DNA of 54,925 nt, counting the filler, from Sphacelaria rigidula (Eukaryota), in the NCBI GenBank assembly GCA_964200075.2. It is 5 parts of 5 records of this genome, joined end to end, with 100 filler letters (N's around TTAATTAATTAA, not from the genome) between each part and the next. Parts side by side here need not be neighbours in the genome. Positions count along the whole stretch, not along the records: positions 1 to 10,906 come from CAXNAA020005705.1; positions 11,007 to 21,912 come from CAXNAA020005706.1; 3 more parts are not named here. One strand, written 5' to 3'. This document shows positions 1 through 11,162 of the stretch, in pieces. The translations under genes and the position numbers were made by a program. The notes under the pieces were generated by a model. It saw only the letters and a list, made by a program, of their open reading frames with translations. It made no database searches and was not told the origin of the DNA. Positions within the stretch are counted from its first letter, which is position 1. Each line of letters opens with the position of its first letter.

Positions 1-1074
1 GTGGAAGGATGTCTGACACACTCATGAGTCTCTTTTTTCGTGCAACCAAATACCCCCCCCCTATCGTAGGATGACTCCGTAGCAATATAGCGCGCAGCGA
101 GGGATGATATCCGGTGTACACGTTGCCCGCGGATAAAAGCGGCTGCATTCATGATGTGGCGAACTGCAAAGGACAACGCGAAAACAATGCAGGACAGGGA
201 TAGGTTAAGAATGTCACGTCCTGCGGTATGCTTTATCACCCTGCACCCTACCGCTGTGCAGTGAGCGGGCAGTACCGCCGAACGCATCACGCGGCGGTTG
301 GTACGCAGTGCCAAACACAGCAGCAATGAGTATATTTCATGTACCGCACTTGTACATAAATCTGTGCTCTGAAGGCCGATGCGCACACACACACAGCAAC
401 TACTATCGCCATTATCCATCGATCAGGGGAGTACCCCCCTCCTCAAATAAGCTACCCAGGGGTCCCCCCACCCCCTTACGGCCCCAGAAGGAGGTTTGGG
501 CGACATGAGGGATGGTGGTGCCGTCATTTTCCGATATGGGGCCTCTCGACTCAGCGTGCAGCTGCTTGACGCTTGACACTGTCTCCTGTCTGTCCGAGAC
601 ACAGCAGGTTTCAACTTATAGTCTATGGCATACCGAGAAGCAAGTCGTGTACGTGTACTTCAAAGCAGGAATGGAAGTGGCTGGGACTTGCGCGGGACGA
701 CCTAGCGAGAATTTGCCGGGAAACGGCTCGCGTCTCAGCGCCGGCAGACTGCGGGCTCTTGTGAATGTAGGGCGACGGCGATAACACGAACACGATTTAT
801 GCTTTGATACAATTTTACGCTTCCGTGCAAAGACACATCAGCATACCCCGGGTGCGTGCGGCAGACCTTCATTCGAGAGTCGAAGGGCCCAGCCGAGACC
901 ACTCCGGTTTCACCGCCGAAATCCGAAACCACAACGTCACAGACACCGAAATAAATTGAAACTGGAAGTGCCCTGGACACGGAGCAATCTATATTTTAAC
1001 AAGCGCCAAAGTCATGAAGCAAGCGTACTGAATACCTTGGAAAGGAAACGACGCCTTGACACACGGTGTCGCAC

Positions 1075-2880
1075 ACGCAAGAGAGATACATGTTTGTCTT
1101 AACTTTCTGATGTCCCGTGTGTAGAATGCACTGGGTTGTCTCCACCGTTGTACTTTAACATATTCTCTGTTGCGGTATCGGCTGCATCTGTACCGTCGGA
1201 TGCCAATCATGGCCAGCCACTGGGCGCCGCGTCGGTACTGTCTGTACGACACCGATCAACGCGAGCCGTCCAGAGAAAACAGCACGGTAACCGACAAAAA
1301 GAAGTCAACAGGGTTGCTTCGGGCACAATCCTTTCTCTGAGAATACCCCATTCGGGCGGCACGAAACAACACACGACGACGATGAATGAACGGTGCTCTT
1401 CCTGACCCCGTATCCAAAGCTGTGCTGGGTGCAGTAGCAAGCTTAGCCCAGCGCTGTGGGCGTGTAGAGTTGGTAAAAGTTGCTGAATAAAGCAAGTATC
1501 GACGCGATCGAGAGGTATTGGGTCGATCGAAAGTTCACTGAGGATCATTATTACCAGCCCATGGATGCTTAGGTGTAGTCGTCAAGGCAAGTAATATCGG
1601 TGATGCTAGTATATACTTTTGCTACCAGCAGGGCGGTGCGTACACTGAAATGGGTACCGAGAGCAAAACAAAAGGTGACTACGAGGAGAAGAGGAGGGAA
1701 AAAGAAATAACCAGAGAGCGAGGATCGTTGTGCCCTCGGATTCGAACCAAGTATACTCACCGCACGCCCGACGGAGTAGTGACTTGACTACGAAATATAT
1801 TTCTCCCCGATAACACAACCAGTTTGACGCATCTGAAACCCTTTTGCGTGCATCAAATGTGATCAATTCATGTCGTATTGCACAAACCGTCTCGCTTACT
1901 GTCATTAAGGGGGCGGGGGGGAACTTGTACTACTGTTACAGATCAAACACATTTCGAGGAAGCACACTCCTCTCGAGATAAAATATATAAGGCAAGCATC
2001 GGAGAAGGGAGGTGAAGTACTGGAGAAAAAAGAAACTCCTGTGTTGGCCTTCCTCCTGTGTGACCTCGGCGGGTGCGCCCACATAAACCGAAAGGTGTAG
2101 ACCGGTGTCCAGAATAGATGGGACGACAACACACACACATATACACATATACACACACACACGGTGGCCACTCCCTGTATGGAGGCTTTTACAGCCATAT
2201 TACCAGGACGTTCTTTTGTGACCTGATATAGGACGACACAGCCGAGGTGATCGGGGCCTACGTGGTCATATATCCCGGAAGATATCCATCACTTCATGTA
2301 AGGCCAGAGAATCCTCGTGGCAACCCAACAACCCGATGGTTGCGCCAGCAAGGGTCAAAGTATACAGCAACATTACTAGTATCAAGTATTGAATCTAAAC
2401 ATCTTGACCGGTCTCACTGCATTATATTACACCGTATAGAGCTCTACAGCACAGACTTGAATCTAGTCATTCTGGAGCCCGTAGTCAGGCATTGAAGCGT
2501 TAATACATTTCAACATTTTTACCGGTCCCACTGCTTTGTTAAACACCGTCACAGCGGGGTACTGGGCCAGGGACAATATCGTGCTATTATCAGCGTGGTT
2601 GAGTGTTGTTTCGTGCTGCCCGGACAGAGTATTTCCCGAGAAAGGACTATACCCGAATCAATACTGTTGGCTTCCTATTGTTGGTTGCCGTGCTGTTATT
2701 CTGAATTGCTCGAGTCGATCGATGTCGTACAGACAGTATCGACGCAGTGCCCAGCGGATCAGGGCTGGCGCATCTTCCGCTATAGATACAGTTGATACCG
2801 CGACAGAAAATCGTTCAGGTACAACGTCGTTGACAATATTTAGGGAACACTATTTCAGAGAACGAATGTGCATCTTTCCA
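1075..2880. mobile_element. Old long-inverted-repeat (foldback/MULE-like) element, arms ~1075-1425 and ~2545-2880
   Basis: 1163-1372 is a diverged reverse complement of 2603-2812. Both translate to similar MSYRQYRR.AQ peptides on opposite strands. Ends and TSD are not resolved. Confidence 0.55.
1960..2162 (+). mobile_element. 3' part of tRNA-derived SINE with (CA)n tail
   Basis: Matches the reverse complement of 9730-9940 (ccttcctcctgtgtgacc...gatgggacgacaac-(AC)n). Confidence 0.85.
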
Positions 2881-4599
2881 GTTTCGTACCGCAATCGCCT
2901 TCCCGGCAACGTTTCATGAAGGTGAAACTAGGGGATTTGACGCGCGAGAAAGTTTCTATGCTTGATGAGCTTTCCTAGGGGCTTGGGAAACTATAGCTTG
3001 GTATTTCTTTGCGCCCTTGCGAAGCCTATGAAAGCCCCTTCTACAAATCTTTTTCAGCCGTTCAGAGGTTTTGAAAAAGTTCAATTTTTTAATATAATCC
3101 ATGATTGTTCGGCATACCCAGACACATTCTGGTGTGCAGACGCGGGGTACAGTTAGCGACTTAGAACTGTTTGAGCTTTGCAGAGTGGAACAACAGCAGC
3201 ACTAGGTCGCTACCAAATCCAACCAATCTCAGGCAAGACCTTATTGGTTTGCGCTCGACGACATGGGCCACAATTGAAATGGCACGTAACCCATATGTTA
3301 CGAGAATGCCCTTGCTCGTGGTGGAACCATTCATATATCTCGGGTCAAGCAAAAGCTTGTGGTAGCCTCTGTAAAGTGAACGGTGATCCAAAAGTTTAAG
3401 GTAGGACCCCTCTCCCTGTCCCCCCAGTGTGCATTGGCTCTACATCAGAAACAGCGCATCGTAGCTCACAGCTTACAGCATGCCAGCCTCCATGTGGGCC
3501 ACGCCAGCAGAAACTAAGCCGCCCGTCACAGGTATCTTGTTTCACTGGGCATGCCAAAAACGTCTCCATAGCCGTGGTTTCTATACTACGTGGTCCTATC
3601 AAACAAAGCGTCAGGAGTCAGTCTCTGACACTCGGACCCCATGGAAACAACCGAGTGCCCAACGACAAACTCTCGCCCATCAGTTCAATCGCATATGTAA
3701 GCTTACTTACTGTGCACTTGTGAGGTGTTTGGTATGGCCGTGGCGCGCTTCCTCGCAGTGCACCGTTTTATAACGGAGCAAGGCAATTGTCATGAGAGAT
3801 CGTGATGGGTTGAGCAGACGACGTACCAGAGTGGGGCGCTGCATCACCGTGCTTTTCATTATTCATTCAGACGTCACCCGTTGGTGTACAGCTCTATCTG
3901 AGCCTTCGCTCTGTTAATCTCAGCCCTAAACCCCAACTGTAGAGCTTACCATATAGACCCGCGGAGTCGTTCTGGCTAGACTGAACACTGGCTACAGTAC
4001 TGGTTCCCGGACCGTTGCTGTTGGTACTTTGTACTGAACCGCACTGGCTCCTACCAGGCTGGTTGACTACATGCCTGAGAATCTACGTATGAGATCTATG
4101 TCAAATACATAATCTGCACACTCTCCCATGATCGTACAGCGGTAACACCAGAGAGCTGATACGATCACACCTAATGTGCTAGATAAGAAGCAAACGAATC
4201 TTTTCATTAAATGCCATAGAAGCCACGTGGTGGACCTGGCCCCTTCGGACTCGTCCCGACTTCCGGTGCCTTTTCCGTTTTGACATCCTTCGTCGAGAAC
4301 GGCAACTTGGACGTTTGTTGGCTGTGTACGAGGTTGTCCTTGCTCGGCATGCATCCCGCATCCTTGGGTGGTCTGTCCACTGCCCTTGTTTCCTTCACCA
4401 TGGGCTGTTCCTTCGCTTCTTGGTCAAGGCCAGAACCGTCCGCGCCCGGCACGAATATTTTCTCGAGCTTCGCTCCTTCGTTATCACCCGGCGTCTCCGG
4501 TGGTTTAGTGAGTCGGCCTTGTTCACGATCATCTCCGTTTGAGGAGGCTTGATTCTCTAGTCCGACCTGCTGCTCGTTTCTTGTGTGTGTTTGGTCGGA

Positions 4600-6280
4600 C
4601 AAACGATCATGCTCGGAGGCTTCGTCAGCGCCGCGGTAGAAACAGCCGCGATATGGCCTCGACCACACGATAGGCAGCTCGCGCTCGTACTTCCCCGGGC
4701 AAAGTTTGATCTGGACGAAGAGGCAGAAGTGTGGATCGTGAAGGGAGTATCGTCGTGGCAGCCGGGGTCGTCGGTGTGCTATAAACTGGCGAATAAAAGT
4801 AAGGAGCATATAGCGGTGAAGCCTACTGGCACGGTCGCGCATATGATAGCACTGAACGTACGTGACCCCGCCAGGTTTCACTCACTGTTTGAACCACATC
4901 CATCTACGGTGGAACCCCCTCTGGACCCCCCACCCCACGCCCCGCGTCCAGACAATAGTTGCTCGGCCCAACCAAACCCCTGGGTCAGCGTGGCAGACGC
5001 AAACATGGGCCAGCTAGGAGGAGAGGAAAAGAGGGAGCTGGTGGACACGCTGCTGAGCTTCATCGAAGCTGGACTGTTCTCCACGGACCCCAAGCGGATC
5101 CCAGCCTGCATCAACGGTGAGCTAGAACTCCCCCTCATTAGGGTGCTCCGTCTCGAAAGGAATGCGTGGTCAATGGTCAAATGACCAAGGCAAGCAACAA
5201 ATGAGTACGCCCCCCCCTCACTAATGAGTCATGTACACTATTCGCAGCAAAGCAACGCCGATTTTCCCCGGAGGAACGTCGCATAACTCGCGAAGAGATA
5301 CACAAGCTTCTCGATAGAGGGATCGTCCGACCCTCGACCTCCCCATGGGCAGCCCGATACCTATGCGTGAAGAAAAGACGACACCTTGCGCTTGTGCATT
5401 GATTGGCTTGAACTGAACAAACTTCTAGTGTTGGACAGCCGGTCTCGGGGATATGCAATCCATTTTCGACGGTCTCAGAGGTAAGCGTTACTTCACCCAA
5501 CTCGACCTTGCCTCCGGTTTCCACCGAATCGAGATCTCAGAGAAAGATAGCTTCAAAACGGCGTTCCGATATGCAGATAGCCTCTTTTACGAGTTCACAC
5601 GGGCAGGCTTTGCTTTAACACTTCTACCTGTCGCTTTCACCCGTCGGGGAAAAGGTACGGTGGGACAGTTGAATGGGGTGTTCACCTGGCTTGACGATGT
5701 CCTCATCGCGACCACATCATGGGACGAACATCTAGCTCCACTCGTGATCGTGTCACAACGCTTACTAGTCGGAGGATTCTCGGTGAACTGCGCCAAGTGC
5801 ATTTTTGCATCTGCATCGTAGGAGGCTCTGGGCATGCTGGTAGATAGCAGCGGCCTTTAACCCGCTCCATTCAAGCTCGCCACCGTCGCCGAGATGCCTA
5901 GACCATTCACCGTCGAGGAACTACGTACTTTCCTCGGCCTTACAGGATCCTCGCGCCAGTTCGTTGAGAAATACAGCCTAGTAGCTGCCCCACAAACCGA
6001 TCTGCTCCGCAACAGAGATTTCGCATCCAAGCGGGCGCGAAAGCTGTCCGTACCGTGGAATACGGAGCAAGAGGAGGCGCTCCAAGCCCTCAAAGCAGCC
6101 TTGTCCTCTCCGAAGGTGCTAGCCTTCCCCGATCCCAACAACTCGTTTGTACTGCAGACATACGCAAGCGAGGTGGGTGCTGGGTCGGTGCTGCTGCAGC
6201 CAGTTGGGCGCAAAACACGCATCGTATCATTCGGCGATTGTCTCGTAACGATTCGCACAGACAACCCACGGCATAAGAGT
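4600..6280 (+). mobile_element. Ty3/Gypsy element A, degenerate pol (RT and N-terminal RNase H)
   Basis: IVRPSTSPWAA, YFTQLDLASGF, FKTAF, WLDD, ELRTFLGL, FVLQTYASEVGAGSVLLQ; contains stops and frameshifts. Confidence 0.93.
5138..5212 (+). mobile_element. 5'-truncated oligo(C)-ended LINE fragment inserted in Gypsy pol
   Basis: 8-bp TSD CCCCCTCA at 5130-5137 and 5213-5220. Removing the insert restores ELPL-TNESCTLFAAKQRRFSPEE in frame. Confidence 0.9.
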
Positions 6281-6533
6281 TGTGACGAAATCACGCCGTC
6301 ACATTGAGCATATGGTGACGATTGGATGATGACTTGGGATCTGTAGTGATGATATGGATCATGACATGGACACAGGGGTGTTACCCTGATGTGGTTTATG
6401 GAGTCGCCTGGGAGGCACTCCAGGATAATAAAAGGTGCTTTGAAGGCTGACAACTGAGACCTGAGGCCAGTGGAACTGGGGAGTCCCTCAACAGCATTGG
6501 ACGCTGCAGTACTAGTAACCTGTTGGCGTCACA
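6281..6533 (+). repeat. Putative 5' LTR of Gypsy element B
   Basis: Bounded by TGTGACG...CGTCACA, lies upstream of gag, A-rich motif near 6425; no partner LTR in the contig. Confidence 0.5.
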
Positions 6534-6543
6534 ATATCGATAT

Positions 6544-6602
6544 TAGTGCTAGTAGTGCTAGTAGTGCTAGTAGTGCTAGTCGTGCTAGTTGTGCTATCGT
6601 TA
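6544..6602. repeat. 9-bp tandem repeat (AGTGCTAGT)n
   Basis: About six degenerate units seen directly. Confidence 0.85.
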
Positions 6603-6939
6603 GTGACTGCTGAAATTATTTCAGTAGACAAGAATCTGGACAGCTTTGATAGCTTCGGGCATATAGCTTCACGAACGCGTGAGGAGATTTCAAGCTGAGG
6701 TAGCTGCAAAGGCGGCTGGCCCGTGATTGATCCAGACTGGAGACTTGCTGGAGCTGCGTGCAGCGGGTGTTTACCGGACCCCTGGGCTGCGTGGAGCGGC
6801 GAAGAAGGCATGTGTGAGTTGTGGAGTTCGAGAAGGTTCAGAAGTCTTCGATTAGGTCCGCTCGGAAATATCGACTACAGAGGTACCGGCAATAGAGCCA
6901 GCGGAGACGACTGTAACCGCAGTTGTTCTAAGAGAAGAG

Positions 6940-9049
6940 TTGCGGCCGCCCAGTTACGGGAATTTGTATTCTGAGTGTGCTTCTCGTTCGTTTGATACGA
7001 AATACGTGGAATACAAGAAGCGGGTGGAGCATGCGAATGCGGAGGGTGCGGTAAGGCATCAGGTGGTTTCCATGGCGCAACTCATGCCTGCCCCCCCCCT
7101 ACGCGTCTTCGCGAGAAGATTCATGAGAAGCATACAATAACACCGCTGCACTTGGCCGCATCGATCAAGACATGCAGGGTATGCGGCGGGCGCTGAGGTA
7201 AAGCTAACACAGGCGTCCGCGGTCGTGGCGAAGGCTGTCGCCATGAACCACAAGGGGAAGACCATGCGTGAGAGGGTGGAGCCCATAATGGGTATGTTGG
7301 AGACATATTTTTCGGAAAATCCCAACGTCGAGATGGTTTATCGTTCCTCCGATGGGGAATTCCGTCCAGGGCCCGCTGCGGTGATCACGAAAGCGATAGT
7401 GGAGGGTCTAGCATCGGCGGAATTCAAGCAGGCCGTGTTTGTACAGTTACAGCACGAAACAAACTGGAAGTCGGACCCGTATTTAGTCATGGATACCGTG
7501 GTGGCTGAAGCTCAGGCATGGCGGTGGGTCGAAGTATTCGGAAAATCATCCGCTTCGTCGCCGCAGTCTTCGAGCTCGCGTAACCGCGGATCAAAATCCG
7601 CAGGCAGTGCCGCCGCCAATATTACTTCCTATCAGTGTAGCCAGGTAGGTCACATCGCACGGAAGTGCACAACGCCTTCTGAGGGGGAGACTGGGCAGAC
7701 GAGTGCCGCGCGCCCTCGCAATAGCAAAGGAGGGAAAGGGAATCGGGGTGGTGGTGGAGGTGGATCCTCCAGCGGTGGAGGTGTACAGTCGAGTTCCCAG
7801 CAGCAGCAGCAGGGGCAGCGGCGTCAGCAGAGGTCCCGGTTTTGGGTCCGGCTCAGCCGCAGGGGCTGCTGCTCCGCAACGGGCGGTGCAAGTGGGACCG
7901 ACCCCTCTAGTGTCGGGCTCGGTGCCGGCGCCGCCGGCAGCAGCGCAGGGCGAGACGCCTGCTGCGGAGCCGGCCGAATTTCAGCTGAAATTTGGACCCG
8001 CTGCTGCGTCGGCTGGAGTACCGCTGCACTTTGATTCTGCAGGCGGGGCTTTGTACCCACCGGCGGTGCCGGTGACCCCAGCGGGGGCGTCTTTGCCTGC
8101 GCCGTACGCGCAGCCGTGGCGCCAAGTGGGGATCACAACAAATCAGTCGGCGGAGCAGGTGCCGGTCGAGGACCAACACAGTTATATTCCTGCAGAGTCA
8201 TATCCCCCCAATCAACGGGCGCGGGGAGCCATATCGGTCAACGCTATGTTGGATTCCGGCGCCCACTTCACGAGCGTGTCGATGCTGATTGTGGAGATGC
8301 TGGAGCGTCTACTCCCCGGTAAGCAAACCCGAATTCCGTTCTCGCTCGGAGCGCGGCAGGCCATCACCGCATCGGGGCAATTAATAAATGTGATGGAGCG
8401 TACGATTCCCCTACAGTTGGAGTTCAGGACTACCTAGGGGCCAGAAAAATTACCCCCGATATCGTTTGCGATCATGCCGGGGGCGGATGGTGTCGTTCTG
8501 TTGGGCTTCCCGACGCTCAGGGGACTCGGAGTCGATCCGTATGATCGGCTGTCAGACTCCCTAAAAACAAAAATGCCGTCGCCCGGTTCGAGTGTCGAGA
8601 CGCCTGCTTTTTTGACCAGTCGTCGCGTGAGCTTGTCAGTTGATGCTCTCCAGGAGGCGGGGGGGCAAGTGTCCGAGGAGCGTGATGAGGTGGTGGAACG
8701 CTTGGTGGAGCGTGACCCCGATATATTAATGGAGCCGGCAGAAGAAGAGTCTGTGCGAAAGGCTGCGCTGGAGGAAAGCGTGACGGATGTTGTGGAAAAT
8801 GGCCACAACGTCTCAAAAGCGGAGCGCCTGCGTGGCATATTGTATCGCCACGTTAACGCGTTTCGTCGTGCGCTGAGGGGTGATCCCCCTGAATGCGTGG
8901 AACCCATGAGGGTTACACTGAAGCCAGGGGCGGCCGCGGTGAAGGCAAAACCGAGAAGGTATGATCCGGCAAAGTCCACTTGGTTAGCTTCTTGCATGGG
9001 AGCTCTTGTGGCGTTTGGATTGGTGTTCAGGAATCTACAGGCGGTATGG
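6940..9049 (+). mobile_element. Ty3/Gypsy element B: gag (zinc knuckle), aspartic protease and start of RT; 3' part missing
   Basis: SYQCSQVGHIARKC knuckle (first Cys lost), AMLDSGA protease motif, VEPMRVTLKPGA..VKAKPRRY RT entry; breaks off at LQAVW. Confidence 0.9.
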
Positions 9050-9728
9050 CCCACAGAGTGCATGGCTGTCTTGTGGGATGTCCAACACTATAGGTCGTAC
9101 TTAGCCCGTAGGAGGTTCACGTTGATCACTGACTGTTCAGCACTCATATGGTTGTTCCGTAGCCGCGATCTCTACCCCAAGCTGCACCGGTGGGCCCTGC
9201 GGCTAATGGAGTATGATATCGACCTTCAGTGGCGAGAAGGGTCTCAACATGTTGTGCTGCTAGATGCGTTGTCCAGCCTCCTACACGCAAGTGAGCCACA
9301 GCCCGACATGACTCCTTTCCAGACGATTTCACGTCGGACTTTCGTCGAAAGAGTTCGTAGGCCCACAAGGACCACAAGTCGCGGGACATTTACTGTCGGA
9401 ACTACAGCCCGAAGGGGCGGGTACGTCAGTGAGCACATACACAAGTTGCACTCACGGTCAAACCACAACAACCCACCCGATCTCGCCACCCTGAGGTCAC
9501 TCCCCTTCACAGAGTGCGCAGTCATCACCGACCACCAACCTGTGCGCCGTTCGACTCGTACTCGCAGACCGTCAGTACTCTTACAACCCCCCGATGCTGC
9601 GTACACAACACCCCTGCCATTCACTCCCCAAGCGGTCGTCCCAAATCCGCTTGTAGAGCCATCGCCGATTGAAGTACCGCTACAGGTGCCAACACCGATC
9701 GTTCCGCCGCCGACCGGCGAGCGTGTGT

Positions 9729-9769
<41 letters not shown>

Positions 9770-10906
9770 GTCGTCCCATCTGTTCTGGACATCAGTCTAC
9801 ACCTTTCGGTATACGCGGGCGCACCGGTCGGGGTCACACAGGAGGAAGGTCAACACAGCAGTTTTTCGTATTTTGTTCCTGTGTTGGCATTCCACATTCC
9901 TTTTGCGGTGCTTGCCTTTTATTTTTATCGCAGGAGGTATTCCACAATCATTTTCCCTCGTCGACCATCAAATTGCATTTTGTGTACCCACGACATAGTC
10001 GCTCTCCACTGTTGGGCATGAGAAAAATCCCAGATCGCCCCGGGATTCGAACCCACGACCCAACTGTCAGACGGTTTCGAGGTTACCAACTGAGCCACCG
10101 GGGCGACCGGCTTGTGTAGAAGTGGGTAAAGTGCTCCAAGCCGGGGGAAAGATGCCAACGAGGTTAGAAGATCCGCACCTGACGGACACAGCGGCGATCG
10201 ATCGCGCACTACTGACCCTCACCAACGTGAGCGATCTCCGGCACAAACAACAAGGCGATCCCTTTCTCAAGCAGGTGTGGTCAAACCTGAAGAGCAGCAA
10301 ACAGCAGAGACGGTCAGTGAGAGACGGTCAGACTACAAAGTAGACGGGCAAGGTATACTGTGGTACCGAGGAGCCGATAACAAGGAGCTGCTAGCTGTTC
10401 CGAAAACGATGGTAGCTGACCTGTTAGCACTCGTGCATACATTCCATGGACATGTCGGAGTAGGCGCCACCCTTTCTCTGATGCGCGACCGCTTCCATTG
10501 GCCTACGATGACGAGTGATACCAGGCAGTACGTGCTGTCGTGCGACTGTAGAAGACGCAAGAAGGCAAGCAGCCGTCAAATGGCGATGGCGGCGCACTGT
10601 AAACCCATGGGACGAGTTGAAGATCGACCTACTAACCATTCATTGATGTGATCTCGCACTCACGCAACAAGCACATCTTGCTGGTAGTTGACCGCGCCTC
10701 CCGACTCCCGTTCGGGTTTCCTCTGCCATCGAAAGAAGCTGACGAGATCGCACGCATCCTAGCAGAGTAATGCCTAACTTTTGGTGTCCCACAAAAGGTC
10801 CGCTGCGACAGGGGCAAGGAGTTCAGAGCACATAACAACAAGTTGTGCAAATTGAGGTTTAACTCCGAGATGAGGTTCAAGCCTAAAACAGTGCTTTCCC
10901 CACACT
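9050..10906 (+). mobile_element. Ty3/Gypsy pol: RNase H C-terminus and integrase (probable continuation of element A)
   Basis: ECMAVLW..HYRSYL, FTLITDCSAL, LHRWALRLMEYD. Integrase HTFHGHVG...FHWPTM...CDC, then LLVVDRASR and VRCDRGKEF. Confidence 0.92.
9723..10111 (-). mobile_element. Full-length tRNA-derived SINE (~390 bp) with (CA)n tail
   Basis: Minus-strand head has A box TGGCTCAGTTGG and B box GGTTCGAATCC. Body is shared with 1960-2162 and 11007-11162. Interrupts Gypsy pol. Confidence 0.9.
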
Positions 10907-11006
10907 NNNNNNNNNNNNNNNNNNNNNNNNNNNNNNNNNNNNNNNNNNNNTTAATTAATTAANNNNNNNNNNNNNNNNNNNNNNNNNNNNNNNNNNNNNN
11001 NNNNNN
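10907..11006. other. Artificial contig linker (N44-TTAATTAATTAA-N44); same linker at 21913-22012, 32918-33017, 43922-44021
   Basis: Four identical 100-bp spacers with a six-frame stop core. Flanking pieces are 10906, 10906, 10905, 10904 and 10904 bp, i.e. size-sorted concatenated contigs. Confidence 0.97.
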
Positions 11007-11162
11007 AAACACCGCAGAAGGATGGAGGGGTATTAAAAACAAATAAGAAATAAAGAGCTCCTGTGTTGACCTTCCTCCTGTGTGACCCCGGCTGACGCGC
11101 CCACATAAACCGACAGGTGTAGACTGGCGCCCAGAATAAATGGGACAACACAACAACACACA
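11007..11162 (+). mobile_element. 3' part of the same SINE family
   Basis: gaccttcctcctgtgtgacccc...ccagaataaatgggacaacacaacaacacac. Confidence 0.85.

Noticed and set aside
2217..2553. Solo LTR (TGTGAC...GTCACA)
   Set aside because: No TSD, and the right end overlaps the long inverted-repeat arm.
8474..10021. 515-aa ORF as a real gene
   Set aside because: Chimera of Gypsy parts reading through into an antisense SINE.
10030..10111. tRNA gene
   Set aside because: A/B boxes are present, but it is the head of a repeated SINE and the anticodon arm is not canonical.
10951..10962. Recurrent TTAATTAATTAA motif at ~11-kb spacing
   Set aside because: Assembly linker inside N runs.
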